Origin: Podarcis liolepis
Lineage: Eukaryota
Reading direction: 5' to 3' (one strand)
Length of the DNA stretch: 64,000 nucleotides
NCBI GenBank assembly: GCA_965112155.1
Contig: OZ218107.1
Position 1 is the stretch's first letter. Every line of letters begins with the position of its first letter. Both the position numbers and the translations under genes were made by a program. Under the pieces are notes generated by a model. That model was not told the DNA's origin and did no database searches. It was given only the letters and a program-made list of their open reading frames with translations. Positions 12,664 to 26,376 of this stretch are shown here, in pieces.

Positions 12664-13639
12664 CTAGGTTGGGAGGGGGAGAAGAGTACGACATCAGAGA
12701 GTAGACTAAAATGTAGCCATATTTGCTTTCTCTATTGAAACAGAAATCTCTCTCTCTGTGTCAATTCATATCTATTAATTAAACAAGCACCTAGTGTAAT
12801 TCTAGAACTTTACAGAAACATAAGGCTGCCATATATCAAGCCGATTCCCTAACATTGCTCTCTCTAACAACAAGCACAGGTGGTACGTGCAGACAGAAAT
12901 GGGGGCAGATCACAGAGTACTGAAAATCAAGAGGGAGGCAGAAGCATGGAAGTAGCCATGGAAAGTGGTGTCATTGTTGAGAGTGAGCACTGTGCCCTCA
13001 TGCTTTCCTGTTAGCCCCTCCATTTATTTAAACCATTTCAGTCCTGCCTCTCTCAGAGACTGAAACAGGTTGCAGAAATGTCTGACAAAAATAACCCCGC
13101 TAAAACGGCAGCATATCAACGAATACTCAACGTAACTGAAACATTGCCATCATAGCCATAAGAAGTACCAGGAGCATCAGCCAACAAAGGCTTGCTTTAA
13201 AAGGTGGGTTTCACAGAGTCTCCTAAAGTTAACAAGGAGGCCCAGCAAAGGACCTACAGAGAATGCTTATTTCAAAGCCTTGGGGCTGTCGCCAAAAAGA
13301 CTCCGCTCGTTGCTGTGATTTAATCTCCTCAGGAAATTGTACTTTTGAGTAGAGCCCTTCTGACCAGCGTCTATATTCCTGTTGGCTGGGAAGTATACCG
13401 TGCCACCAGATTTATTGTGCATATTGTAGCCACATCTTTTGCAACGTATTTCTAGTTATTAGAATCTTCCCAACAGTGAAGCTGTGGTGGCTTTGGAGAC
13501 AGTGTGAAATAAGCACCCACAAGATCTTTCTCCCCAGAAGTGCAGGGCGGGGAGAGAACATCAATGGCTTGGTAGGTTGTAAATTACTGTGGGTTGCCCT
13601 GGGCAAGATAAAGTGATGAACAAATATAAGAAATATAAT

Positions 13640-13641
13640 AA

Positions 13642-13700
<59 letters not shown>

Positions 13701-13703
13701 ATA
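13640..13703 (+). repeat. (TAAA)n microsatellite
   Basis: About 16 units, 120 nt downstream of a USP6NL donor. Confidence 0.95.
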
Positions 13704-13823
13704 GTACTGAGAAATACCCAACTGAGAAAAATGTTTGGTTTTTAATTTATTCATTTTATTCACAAGTGCCTGTCCATGCCATATGGCGAGTTAAAGAGTT
13801 TAAAGCCAGGACAGAGATCTTAC

Positions 13824-13923
13824 TTCTGTGCAGTTTCAAAATGGTATAAGACATCGCAGTGAGAACCCGTTCTCCTTCAAGTATGTAGATATCCCAGATC
13901 CTGAGGGTTAACGTAAAGGGAGT
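13824..13923 (-). CDS. USP6NL: USP6NL exon, [33 protein letters not shown](K)
   Basis: cattgcag|ACTCCC...CAGAA|gtaaga; 100 nt; follows a 116-nt intron; RIWD TBC motif. Confidence 0.97.
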
Positions 13924-14039
13924 CTGCAATGAGAGAAGCCATGGGAGGCATCAGAAAAATAACAGAAATCCAGATTTGCCGTAAAAATGTGTGCTTGGGA
14001 TGACTGGGGTGGGGAAGGCATCAAACAAAAGACACTCAC

Positions 14040-14105
14040 ACGGTCAAGGAAACACTGGAAAAACCATTTCATCGTGTAAAACGTAGTGTTGACTTCCTGG
14101 GAGTC
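14040..14105 (-). CDS. USP6NL: USP6NL exon, [22 protein letters not shown]
   Basis: ttggcag|GACTCC...GACCGT|gtgagt; 66 nt. Confidence 0.96.
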
Positions 14106-16676
14106 CTGCCAAGAAGAAGCAGTTTTATGAACTTCAGATACGAACACAGCGTCACGCAAAGTGGCCAAGTGGTTAGTGTTATTGAATTTATATTTCAGCC
14201 CATTAAAAAACATTCCCTACAAACAAGGTAATTAAAAAAAAACCCTATAATAATTAAAAGAAAAAAGAGAGCACATACAAAAACAGATTTTCCTTGCTAA
14301 GCACACAGCATAAACATTGGCAACTAAGACAGCATGAACTCCTGGACTGCAAACCCAAAGTGAAATGGCCAAAATATCTTCAGCCTGAAACCTGACTGCT
14401 TTCCTATGCATTCTGTCTTCCCCTCCGTGGACAAAAGAAATCCAAAGAGGTTAAACATTGAAGAGGGTGATTGTGAAGAATGAAGGGTTTGGGTCATGTG
14501 TACTTTTAAAAATACCTCTCCCTGTAAGATCACTTTGGTTTGCTGGGGAGAGCTTAGAAGAAAGGTTCCTGTGGCACGGTTAAAATGTGTGCCTAGGCAT
14601 TCTCTACTTACTGCAATGCCCCACTTTCTGGAATATGATTCCATAGGGGGAGACTGCCTTACTCTGAAGCTTCAGGGTTGCATATAAGCAGTCATTTAGG
14701 CACAAAGCCTGATCCACCTGGCATAAGGAGAGAAAACCTCTTGTGGCCATATCCCTCTATGAAAAGTTTGATCCAGTTCACCAATTTTGGCCATGCTTCT
14801 CCTCTAAAGAAAGGGATGAAGGAATACAGCATACCTGAGCATGTACAGAATGCCTCTTTCATGCAGAGGCAGCATAGCAAGTAGTTTCCTACCCCCCGCA
14901 CTATGGCAAACCAGGAACCAAGCCCTGGGACATAACTCCCTTCATTCTCTAGGGCCAATTCCTCTTTCCCAGACCCTGTCATTCTTGCCCATAGTCTATT
15001 CAGAGCAGCCTGGTGCATCCCATATGTTTTCAACTACAACTCCCATCAACCCCCTACCACTGGCTATGCCAGTTGGGGTTGATAGGAGATGTAGTCCAAA
15101 ACTTTTGGTGGGTCTGAGAAAGCTGAGCCAAGGGGTGCATGCCAACTGCAGATCTCATTAACAGGACTTAGAAATTATGGTTTGAAAGTTGGGTTTGCAT
15201 GTTGTGCTTCTGCAGGGTGGGTTTTTGCTGCTGTTTGTAAGTGCAGCTCTTGGGAAGCTGTGGAAATTGCTTGAAGCTGATCAGAAAGCCCAGTGTGCTC
15301 AAACGCAGCAGGGTGCGACAGAGGCTTGCCCTTGCCAACCCCTCTTCCTGCTGAGATTGAATGGGCAGAGGCGGAAGTGGCAGCTGTGTGATCTGACTGC
15401 ATGGAGCTCCTGGGACACTGAGAAGCATGAATGGAACAGCACACTAGCCTGGGAATAAGGTGCAGTGGGAGGAAGTAGCAGACACCATGGAGGAGGCAGT
15501 AACTCTGCCCTACAAGGATTTGGTACGTGGCTCTGTCTCTACAGAACAGATCTACAAATAAGTGTCCCTTCACCGTAGCATCCCAACAATAAAAGAGGCT
15601 CCACTGGGATTTCTTAGCCTGACAGAGAGACTTAAGGAGCTGTTAAGAATTATCTACATAAACACGCCCAACTTTTGACTCTCCAGATTTTAAAAAAGTG
15701 GTTGTGCCTCCCTCGCTTTACAGATTTAGCAGCTTGCTGTTTACTTTCATTTATTAGAAGTAGCCTCCCTGAACCTTCAGACACCCAGACGAGGAAGCCT
15801 ACTGACTCAAGGCAAGATGCACTTGATGTTTCCTCCCCTGGAAGGCAAACTCCTCCAAAATTAAAGCAATAAGCAGCAACGACCTACAGTCCAAACTCCG
15901 TATGAACTCTGCTGTGAAAATTAAAACCACAATTTACAGCCTAGAGGTAAGCATGAAAGTGATTTCGGTTTTCACCAGCCAGTAGATTTAAATCCTTTTT
16001 AAAACTCTCCCTTACCCATGAACAGATTTCGGAAAACCAATATGGCATACATGAGGTGACTCACTACGTTTAGAATATTTGCTGCAGATATCAAAGATTA
16101 AAGACTAGGAATGAAGTCCGTCTGCATTCAGCAGGAACTTTCCTTTCTTATAAATGTGCTCAAGTCCACAACCTAAGGCTGCTGTTGATCCTGTCTCTAG
16201 CAATTTTAGATCTGATCAGAGAGTTAATATCAAACACCCTGAAAAAGAAACTAAATGTACTATACTTCCTAGCAGGAATATGCTTCATGTTTCATAAGCT
16301 TCCAGCACAATGGACAAAAAAATATATGAAAGGCTGGAAGCTTTTATGCATTTGGAAATATAGTGAGTCTTCACTGAAATAAAAAGTACTTTGTGCATGA
16401 ATGCGCACAGAAGTAGAGACCTTTATATAAAGGGCACATCCAGTTACTCAAGGGTTGTATCCTTAAGCCTGGTTCACCATTACATCTCTTCCTTTCTCTG
16501 CACTGAAATAATATTATATCTATCTATAATCTATCTACAGATGTGGAAATACCACAACCAATTTGTTTTTGACACCTGTTAATGCATAAAAGTGCTATGT
16601 TCAGCCTGATCAAGCTATAGAAGATAATTACTGGTTACTGTTTGATGACCACCTATCATAGATGCTTTAGCTGAGA

Positions 16677-16748
16677 TTCCCGCATTGCAGGGGGTTGGAC
16701 TAGATGATGCCTGGAGGTCCCTTCCAACTCTACAATTCTATGATTCTT
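16677..16748 (+). mobile_element. Short CR1 3' end
   Basis: gcattgcagggggttggactagatga...tcccttccaactctacaattctatgattct; similar pieces near 11570 (-), 35790 (-) and 63905 (+). Confidence 0.75.
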
Positions 16749-17099
16749 TGTTTCTTTATATGTCTATTTCCCTTTTTATATGTTGGGTTCATAAAGTTGG
16801 ATGAATGGCAGGCATTATCAAGTTTCCCTTCCTGTATCTTTCTGAGAATTTCGAATGCAGATGCTTGGGATGTCTCAATGAAATGTTTTGAAAATAAAAA
16901 AATAAAACAAGTCAAAAACCCCATCGGTTTCTTGGGGAAAATATTGTGAGGTTCAGATGTAGCACTGCTCAATCTCCTAACCAGCGCTAGGAGATAGTGA
17001 GAGCAACCATTGCAAATTTCATTACAAATATACCCCTTTATGAAGACATTCAGTTTCCCACCCCCCTTTTAGTTTTTGAGCACACTCTGGTTAGCATTA

Positions 17100-17345
17100 C
17101 AGTCATACCTTGGGTTGAATATGCTACAAGATGAGAGTTTTCGGGTTGCGCTCCGCGGCGACCCGGAAGTAACCGAGTGTGTTACTTCTGGGTTTCACCG
17201 CTCCCGCATGCGCAGATGCTCAAAATGACACCACGCTCATGCACAGAAGCGGCGAATTGCAACCCACGCACACACGCGTTGCGTTCACTTCAGGATGCGA
17301 ATGGGGCTCCGGAACAGATCCTGTTCGCATCCAGAGGTACCACTG
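17100..17345. mobile_element. Tigger/pogo-like MITE
   Basis: TA|CAGTCATACCT ... AGGTACCACTG|TA; same terminus type as 28041 and 53426. Confidence 0.8.
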
Positions 17346-18375
17346 TATTGATGTTAGTGCTAAGCATAGATGGGCCAAACTGGAACTTGAAAGCCTGCTT
17401 CTAAGATGGACTGCAAACAGTGGTTTGACAAGAGCTAGGATTATAGAGGTAACATTGGTGCAGATGCAACACTTAATACTGATAGCTCTGAAATGGAAAG
17501 AGTTTGAGGGTGGGAATCCCCTTGGCATGGGAGGGGAGATATGGGATTCCATGGAGTACTCTAAACTTCCTATCCTTGATGTACTTTCCCATTAAAAAGC
17601 ATAGGACAGGAGCGGGGAATTTGTGGCTCTACAGATATTGATGGGTCCAAAGGTTGCCATAGCTGGAATACTGCAGTCGAAAGCAATGCCAGGGTGGAAA
17701 TCACAAAAATGTCTGGGAAAATCCAGGACCCATGTTGGCAGTATCATTTTTGGCAATATTCCTTAAAATTAGCTTGAAAACTTCTTTTTTGGCGTGTTTG
17801 CGAAAAAAGCTCAACTACTTCTGTGTCTGGATTTTCACAAAGATGCCAACTGTATGGACCTCAACTATGGCTAGTGAATAGAGATGTTGGGGGTTTGTTT
17901 CCCCATCCCTGGCTTGAGACGCCCCACCCCTTGCTTTTCAGGACTATACACTATTATCACACATTGCTTATGCAGAATTAATCGACCTAAAATATTTATA
18001 ATCTACATATCATTACAGGCTTAGTTAGAAACATACCACAGCACAACTGCCCCCAGATCTTTGCACACCCCCTGCCCATGTTTCGCATGGAGAAGGTTCC
18101 CAAGTTCAATCCCTTGTATCACTTTAAAAGTATTTCAGGTTAAACTGGCTTTCAGTGGCAGGACTGGGAAAGATTTCTCTCTGTGACAGAACCGCTGTTC
18201 AGCAAAGTAGATACAGAAAACAGCAGCAGAACAATGACCTGATTTGGCATAAAGTAGTTCCATAAATTCCCTACACACCCGCATAAGCAGGCTAGGGAAG
18301 AATTAAATATCATATTGGACCTTTTGCTGATGGGTTACCCTTTATGTACTGCATATTCTGATGGCATTTACTTAC

Positions 18376-18470
18376 AAAATGCTGCTTAAGCTTAGACAAA
18401 AATTTCTTCATTATTTTCTCGTGATGCTCTTGAAATCTCAACAGCTTGGGAAAACCCGGAATATAAAAAC
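18376..18470 (-). CDS. USP6NL: USP6NL exon, (G)[31 protein letters not shown]
   Basis: ctcttag|GTTTTT...CATTTT|gtaagt; 95 nt; within ORF 18310-18561. Confidence 0.96.
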
Positions 18471-19917
18471 CTAAGAGGTTGGGGTGGTGAGGGGAAGATA
18501 TAATAAGAGAGAATAAAAACATATTGAATGCTAACAAATTCCCACAAAGAAAAATGTTCACAGGTTTAAGTGTTGCGGTGAAATAATTCCGATGGGGGTG
18601 GAAATCACTTAAACATTAAAATACAATGCAATGTATTGTGGTGTATTAAAGATTAATTTACTCATTGTGACATAACCATAGATGACCAAGAGCCTATTTC
18701 ATCAGATGCGTGAAAGCTGGTAAGGCATACAAAAAAGGCAGCTGACTTTGCACAGGGGCTTTGAGATGCAATACCAAAAGTGTGATTTGGCATTACAAAC
18801 CCAGACTGATGCACTCCTTTTTCCCCTGGTGTGCAAAGGTTAGAAGCTCCCAACTGCAGTTTGCAGGAAACCATCGTTTGCTGTTGGGTAAAACCATGCC
18901 AGATAGGGGAGGAAGAACACATAAGCCTGGGTCTGTTCCTGTAATATCAAACCATGGTCTGATGCTGTACTTCAGGGGTGTCCAACTTCCAAGAGACTGT
19001 GATCTACTCCCACTATAAATAAACTGGCATTGATCTACCCATTGGATTGACCAAAGCTGTTGACTTTTTGGGGGAGGCTTCACCAAAGTAGTTGAGCTTT
19101 TTTGGGGGGAGACTTCACCAAAGAGCTTTTTGGTCAAGTTGTTGAGCTTGAATAGCTGCACACAGCAGGCAAATAAGTACAAGGTGTGAACCAATCCGAT
19201 TAAGAAGGAGACAGACTAAGGATGGGGAACTTGTGGCTCTCCAGACGACATTAACTCTCATCATCCCAGATCATTGGCCATGGTGGCTAGCGCTGATAGC
19301 AGTTGTAGCCTAATATCTAGAAGGTCGTGGTTCTCCCATCCAAGGACTGATTTGTTGGAGGCATGTCGTGTTCACACTGTGGACAGATGGTGCAAGTAAA
19401 CACAACTCAACGTTGCCAACAATGAGTGAGAGACTGAGTTGCTGAGCATTTGAGATTGCCACGATCTTATGTTACTGATTATTAAGTTTATTTATATGCT
19501 GCTTTCCCATAATCATGTTTAAAGCATCACCATGCCCTTTATCCTAAATGCAAAAACTGCTTGCCCCAGGTTGAAAATGACCAGGGAAGAATGCTGCTCC
19601 ACAGGGTAAATTCCTGCTCTGAGTATGCGGACGCTGGAAATTTAATTCCACTCCCGATTTCCAGCTGCAATAATGGATTCAAATGAGGGCAAAACTTTCT
19701 GTGCAGCCAGCTCCATGCCCACAGAAAGCAGGTCATGCGCAGGGTTACAGTCCCTGCACATCATCACAAATGACCTCAAAAGAGCATTTTAAGAGACCTA
19801 TCATAGACTGCAGAAAAAGTCTTGGTTAAAAAACAACACATTTTTTTCTAAGTATTTTGAGCACATTAATAGCCAAAAGGCCCAGCTTGCCGTACTACAA
19901 ATCCAGTCCAGACTTCA

Positions 19918-20106
<189 letters not shown>

Positions 20107-20290
20107 CTAGGAGGAGAAAAGGTAGACAAGTGTTTAGGAATTTGCAAACAGTGACAAAACCAAACAAAAACACGCCACAAATTACATGGTCAATTTGATT
20201 CTTGTGGCATGAATAGGAAGCTGTTAGGGATGGAAGAACTGCAGCCCTGTGGATCACTTGAAAAGTGTGGCAGAACAAGTAGTGGTGTTG

Positions 20291-20293
<3 letters not shown>

Positions 20294-20335
<42 letters not shown>

Positions 20336-20670
20336 TTATTTATACCCCACCCATCTGGCTGGGCTTCCCCAGCCACTATGGGCGGCTTCCAAAAAAATAT
20401 TAAAATACTGTAATACATCAAACATTAAAAGCTTCCCTAAACAGGGCTTCCTTCAGATGTCTTCTAAAAGTCTGGTAGTTGTTGTTCTCTTTGACATCTG
20501 GTGGGATGGCATTCCACAGGGAGGGCGCCACTACCGAGAAGGCCCTCTGCCTGGTTCCCTGTAACTTGGCTTCTCGCAGTGAGGGAACTGCCAGAAGGCC
20601 CTCAGCGCTGGACCTCAGTGTCCGGGTAGAACGATGGGGGTGGAGACGCTCCTTCAGATATACTGGACTG
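20294..20670 (-). mobile_element. L2-type LINE 3' end with simple-repeat tail
   Basis: (AAT)n run 20294-20335, then tttatttataccc...cagatgtcttctaaa...ttccacagggagggcgccac; reverse-complement resemblance to the L2 piece at 55165-55675. Confidence 0.75.
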
Positions 20671-20751
20671 GACCGAGGCTGAAGGCCTCATTCTGTTGTG
20701 GACCATCTTCCTGGAGCCACAGGCCAGTGGGCCAGATGCAGAGCAATGGAT

Positions 20752-21103
20752 AAGGTAAAGGTAAAGGGACCCCATTAGGTTCAGTCGTGACCGACTCTGG
20801 GCTTGCGGCGCTCATCTCGCTTTATTGGCCGAGGGAGCTGGCGTACAGCTTCCGAGTCATGTGGCCAGCGTGACTAAGCCGCTTCTGGCGAACCAGAGCA
20901 GTGCACAGAAACGCCGTTTACCTTCCTGCCAGAGTGGTACCTATTTATCTACTTGCACTTTGACGTGCTTTCGAACTGCTAGGTTGGCAGGAGCAGGGAC
21001 TGAGCAACGGGAGCTCACCCCGTCATGGGGATTTGAACCGCCAACCTGCTGATCGGCAAGGCCTAGACTCTGTGGTTTAACCCACAGCGCCACCCGTGTC
21101 CCT
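20752..21103 (-). mobile_element. Full-length Sauria SINE with 12-bp TSD
   Basis: Flanked by AGAGCAATGGAT at 20740-20751 and 21104-21115; tail aaggtaaaggtaaaggg. Confidence 0.95.
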
Positions 21104-22348
21104 AGAGCAATGGATGGAACTATGCAAAAGGCAGAGGTTTCTACACCCATACATTTATGCGCCCTTCTTCACCCTTTGTCCAGGCAAGCAAGAGGCATGG
21201 TCAACCATTGAAGGCACATTCCAGATCTGCAGTTCCACCTAGCCCTTGCAACACGTTGGGCTAGTTCTCTCCTGAATCCCTTCAGACTTTAAGTGGAGGC
21301 TCACAAGGTGGAATGCTATTGTATTCAAATCTAGTCCTTGCATACAGAAAGCTTGTACTTTGAGGAGATGCTTAGGCCACAAACTCTCTCTTTAATTCAC
21401 CTTTCCTCCCTACCCTTCTTTTGAAAATGTTCACCCAGCATGAGCAAGAATTCCAGTTCCGTGTAATCTGAAAAATAACATATCTCCTTGTTTAGATTTT
21501 TACTCTACCCTATCCCAGAGGTTAAGTGTGTGCTGCAGTTTGCAAACTAAGAATTCTGTGGCCGCTCAGAGACCAACAGGTTTTCAGCAGCACATAAAGT
21601 GGATGACCTCATTAAAGGTTATGGTACAAGAAACCTGTTGGGCTTTATGGCGCCATCAGAGTGTTAGTTGGTTTCGCTGCAAAGATTATTCCCCTGGAAT
21701 TTGAAAACAAAACCCCAAAGGTGGAAAGGGATGCTTTACACTTTCATGAAGAACAAAGGAGCAAGGCAAAAAAAGCTCTTCGTTGACACCAGATTCACTG
21801 GCTCCTTCTGCTCTGTTAACACTGGCTGCTCTTAATAAAATACAATATTTTATTACTGATCTCGTAAGCTTGTTTCTGATCTCCATGGTTTTAGACCAAA
21901 AAAAAAAAAAAATTACTACAGCAACAAAAGTTTTGGTAGCACCTTCTTTGAGTCACAACTTGCAGGTAGCACGTTGACAACAATCCAACAACCTCAGTTT
22001 TTCATCTTCCCCTTTAGAAATTCTGCTTTCGTGGCTATGGTTACAGTGGTAATGTTCATACAACCAAATATTCACTTAATAAGCCAGGATACAAATGAGC
22101 TGTGTGCAATCGCACACAATCCATTTACAGCTGCATCACTTTCTCTGTTTGTGTGAGTAGCAAAACAGACCAGGAAGACACAGGTAACCACAGCTTCCTG
22201 TTACATGTGAGCTGGAAACACTGGTTAGTGTTTTCCATGCAAGCAAGGATTTAGAAACCAAGCCATGGATAAAATTTCACTTGTTTGGAAGCTATAAACT
22301 TGTTGTTCACAGATGCACACAACCTGTGCACATCCTAGCTTACTACAT

Positions 22349-22401
22349 CAGATAGATAGACAGACAGACAGACAGATAGATGATAGATAGATAAGACAGA
22401 T
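22349..22401 (+). repeat. Compound (GATA)n/(GACA)n microsatellite
   Basis: Direct reading. Confidence 0.85.
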
Positions 22402-22492
22402 AAAATTACCTATGCAGTATGTCAAGAATAAGCGTTGTAACTGTGTGTATATGAATTTAGATCAATATGCACCCACATACTATGTGACTTAC

Positions 22493-22541
22493 CGTATTAT
22501 ACACAGAATATGCAGCTAAAACATGGAATAAAGCTTGTTGT
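22493..22541 (-). CDS. USP6NL: USP6NL exon, (K)QQALFHVLAAYSVYNT
   Basis: ctctctag|ACAACAA...AATACG|gtaagt; 49 nt. Confidence 0.96.
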
Positions 22542-23929
22542 CTAGAGAGAAAAGACAGAAAGTAAATTTTGTAACTCATTTTTTGTGCACACTAATGAAA
22601 TACTTAATGAATCATGATATAAAACTTCACTACCATCAGGACTTAAGAAGCACATTTTGTACATTTGCATAACCTTTGTAAAAGGATAAATATTTGTAAA
22701 ATTCTTGCACGCTTTAATACATTTGTAAACATCCGAAGGCTAACAAGCCAGTCCTCCAACAACCCCATTTTATGTCAAGCCTAATTTGAACCAAAGTTCT
22801 AAAAGAGCCCCACAGCTGCCAAAGAAATGGAGGACTTCTGCAGAAGGGAAGGAGTTTGTGCAATTATTATTACAATTTGGTGTGCAACAAAATGTTGCAG
22901 TGAGGAGAGCTCCTCTTTGGTAACTAGTTATAGACAATGGAGTTGGGTTTCTGCTTTGCACTAAAACACAAGGTGACTGTAGCACACAGGAAATTTAAGT
23001 GCATACCTTACAGCAGGAAAAAGATTATAATTCTGCTGTGTGCAATTGTGTTGTGCTGGGGGGTGGGGGGTGGGGTGGGGCAGGGGCGGGTGCCATCCAG
23101 GACAGACCCGCTTTAGAAGGATGACGAAGAATACATGGAAAGGCACTCCAGTCAGGCAGAACAAGGAGGATGTGGGATGAAACATTTCAATCCCAGCCGA
23201 TTGTTGGGTTCATACAGACGTGGCATTTGGCATTTTCAAAACTGGGTAGAATCAATACTTCATTAAATCTGATTTCACAAGTTTGAAATGAAAAGGAGCA
23301 TTCAAGGGCCCTCACTGATACATGGAACACTACACTTCAACCACCAGTTTCACAGATATTAAACTAAGAATATATTATTATGTTAGGAAACCATGTTCAT
23401 CACGTTCTCCTATGGGATGCAGGAAAGGATTTAGTAAGGGAAAACATATTCGGCGAGAGATTAAATTACTCCTGTGATCAAGCTTACATGAGGCATTTCC
23501 CTCCCATACGCACAAGCTTCTTTGTGTATTAAATCTGGGGAAATGCTTTAGCAACATAGGATCTTTCTTGTTTCTCTTAAAGCGTCCTTATTTTAAAAGC
23601 TTCCAGTGTCTCTCCAGATGATGCCCTTACAATTTTACTTCCAAGTGCACAACCACATGGTATAAAAATGTTTTTATGAATAATAGACAAACATTGGAGG
23701 ATGCTTGGAGCTTCAGACAGCTGAATAGAGATTTCCATACATTTATCTGCAGCAGCAAAGAGACAACACGCTAAAAGCCAGGGAAGAAGGAAGGCTGCTT
23801 TCACAGCCCATCTCAAATGGCCCTTCCCTCAGATGTCACATGAAACCCATGTTAACCTAAAACAATGAGTAATGAAGCTGATTTGCTGAAAACTAGCCAT
23901 AGTTAGTAATGAATCAAAATCCCTAGTTT

Positions 23930-24230
23930 GGTCATAGATGCCAATTAGTTTCCGGGCCCAATTCAAAGTGCTGGTGTTGACCGGTAACACTTTACATGGC
24001 TCAGGAACTCAATATCTTAAGGACCACCTCTCCCCATACAAACTGACCCAGATCCTGTGCTTGTCATCTGAGGCCTTCCTCTATGTCCTTCACCCCCTCA
24101 AGGGTGGCAACAAAAGAACAGGCCTTTTCTGTGGTGCTTCCCCGTCTATGGAATGCTCTCCCCAGAGAGGCTTGCCATCATTACATGTCTTCAGGCATCA
24201 AGCATTCCTCTTTACCCAGGCCTTTGGCCA
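23930..24230 (+). mobile_element. L2 LINE fragment (RT C-terminus)
   Basis: ORF 23938 MPISFRAQFKVLVLT...YLKDHLSPY matches ORF 54921/55267 LHWMPISFHTQFKVLVLTYKALNG, an L2-type motif. Confidence 0.8.
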
Positions 24231-24758
24231 TTTAATAATCTATGGCCTGTTAAAACTTGGGGGGGGGGGAGGCGAGAGAGAGACTGTTGTTTTGATTATT
24301 CTTTTATTATGCTATCATTTGTGCTTTTTATTATGTTTTTATTATTGTGCTCCATAAAATGTGTTCTTAATGTTGTACACTGTAAAGCAGCCCTGGCCAA
24401 CATGAAGCCCTCCAGAGGCTTTTGACTACAACTCCCATCAGCTGCAGTCAGCACTTGTTGGCTGGGGCTGATGGGAGTTGTAGTCCAAAAATGGGGTGAG
24501 GGGAGACCAGTTTGCCGACGGCTGCAATAAAGGGAAAACAAAAGCTTTCCAATTCCTCCTGTTCCTGCCTGGGAAGAAGGGTTGGGGAGAAGAGGGGGAG
24601 CATGCCTGGCTTAGCACAATGTCCAAATCTGGCCAGTGTTTCCACAAATCAATATTGGCAAAGGAAGGCTTTTCAAAACGCCAGATCTTGGGGAGGTGTT
24701 CTGAAGGTCTGCAATACATAAGAAAAGGTGTAGAATAGTAGATTTTAGCTTTACTTAC

Positions 24759-24868
24759 TTAACTCCATATCGGTCTCTAAACATGATATGATCCCGGTAT
24801 GTCCGATTTACATCAAGGTCAATCTGCCTGATATCTGGTGAGGTACCTCTTGCTTGGGTTTTTAAGGT
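24759..24868 (-). CDS. USP6NL: USP6NL exon with arginine finger: [36 protein letters not shown](K)
   Basis: cccacaag|ACCTTA...GAGTTAA|gtaagt; 110 nt; IxxDxxR motif intact. Confidence 0.97.
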
Positions 24869-26224
24869 CTTGTGGGAGGAAGGAGAAAATAATCAGCAAG
24901 TGTATGTATCGCAACCTCACAGTTCATGCATATGTTCTAGACTGGGCATGCAGCTGGGAGAATTTCTACATAGGAATGCAAACCAGTTCTCTTTCAATAG
25001 TTCACCTGCACACCTGCATACCCAACCCTACATTTGAAGTCAACTAAAGCTTCATTATTATATTTCCCTAACACTAGATCAGTTATTAATTCATACCTAA
25101 AGAATTCTAAGACTTTCAGCAACGGTCCATTTCCCTCTTAAAAATTTTAAGGTTTTTTTTTTAAATGTAGACTTTCCTTTAAATGTAGACACTTGAGTTT
25201 TTCATGTCCTGGTGGACTTTTTTCTTTCTTTTCCTGCACACATCACTAGATGGCATCTGTAACCTTTGAAGATAGGCCCGGTTCTCTTAAACCCTTTTTA
25301 TTTGTTTTTTTTCTGTAGTTAACTTGTAATCTTTGTTAAGATTAGTTGTAGGCCATTTCAAATTCTTCTGAATCTTGATGAATAGTTCCACTGGATCTTA
25401 ACAAGCAACAATGAACTGAACACAGGATGACAACCACGACCCATAACTAAGAAGAAAGGGCAGGATCCGGACAAAGTACTTCTGAGGCCAATTGATTTAA
25501 ATGGGAAAGTTAAGCAAATGCTTTAAGTACTTTTAACCAATTTTAGTTGGAAAGATTTAACTGTGACTAGATTATAGCCTGAATCTGGATTTATACATCT
25601 ATGTCATCTATTCATATTACACTAAAGGCTTGACTGGCCCAGAGATCTCACACATGAAGCAGAAGGAGATAGTACCCCTTCACCAATGTGACGAGCTCTA
25701 GATGTTTTGCACTACAACTCTCAGTAAGAGGATACCAGGTTGGCAAGACTGGAGACAGTAGACTCCTAAGAAAGTAAGAGTGTATTGTGCCATTTCAGGC
25801 TGTAAAAAAAAAAAAAAGCCTTTTAAAAAATGCTAGCTTCAAATAAAATCAGGTCTGAGAAAAACAGTCTATTCTAACCTGCTACCTACCAGGTTGGACT
25901 GCTGTTTGCAGGAAGGCTGTGTCTGTTTGCTTTAAGCATAAGGCAGGACACTCCAATATGTGGCATCTCCTGTCCCCAATCTAATCTAAAGTGGTACAGC
26001 CCATTCTACCATCCAGTATACACCTTTTTCCATATGGAGCATGTCAGTCAAGCACATACGACTTAAAAGCTGGCAGAAGCTTGTCAGAAAGGCTTTCAGG
26101 GTATTAGGGAAATGAAACTGGAGTTTATATACAAGGTCTTTTTTTCTTAGATTCAAAAGCTTGCTTCCAGTCAAGGACATGGAGCCCAAGCTGGTATAAC
26201 ACAAGGTCTCTGATTAGGTTTAGG

Positions 26225-26376
26225 CAGTGTTTTTTTCAGGGGGACGGGGACACAGGCGTATGCATACACCTAAACATTTTGTGAATCTAAGTTTGGCCTC
26301 ATTGAGGGGCAGTATTTCAATATGAATAGGAAAATGAGAGTACCCCTAAACATTTTTTTAAGGAAAAACAGCACTG
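26225..26376. mobile_element. hAT-type MITE
   Basis: CAGTGTTTTTTTC ... GAAAAACAGCACTG; 8-bp flanks GGTTTAGG / TGTTTAGG (1 mismatch). Confidence 0.75.
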
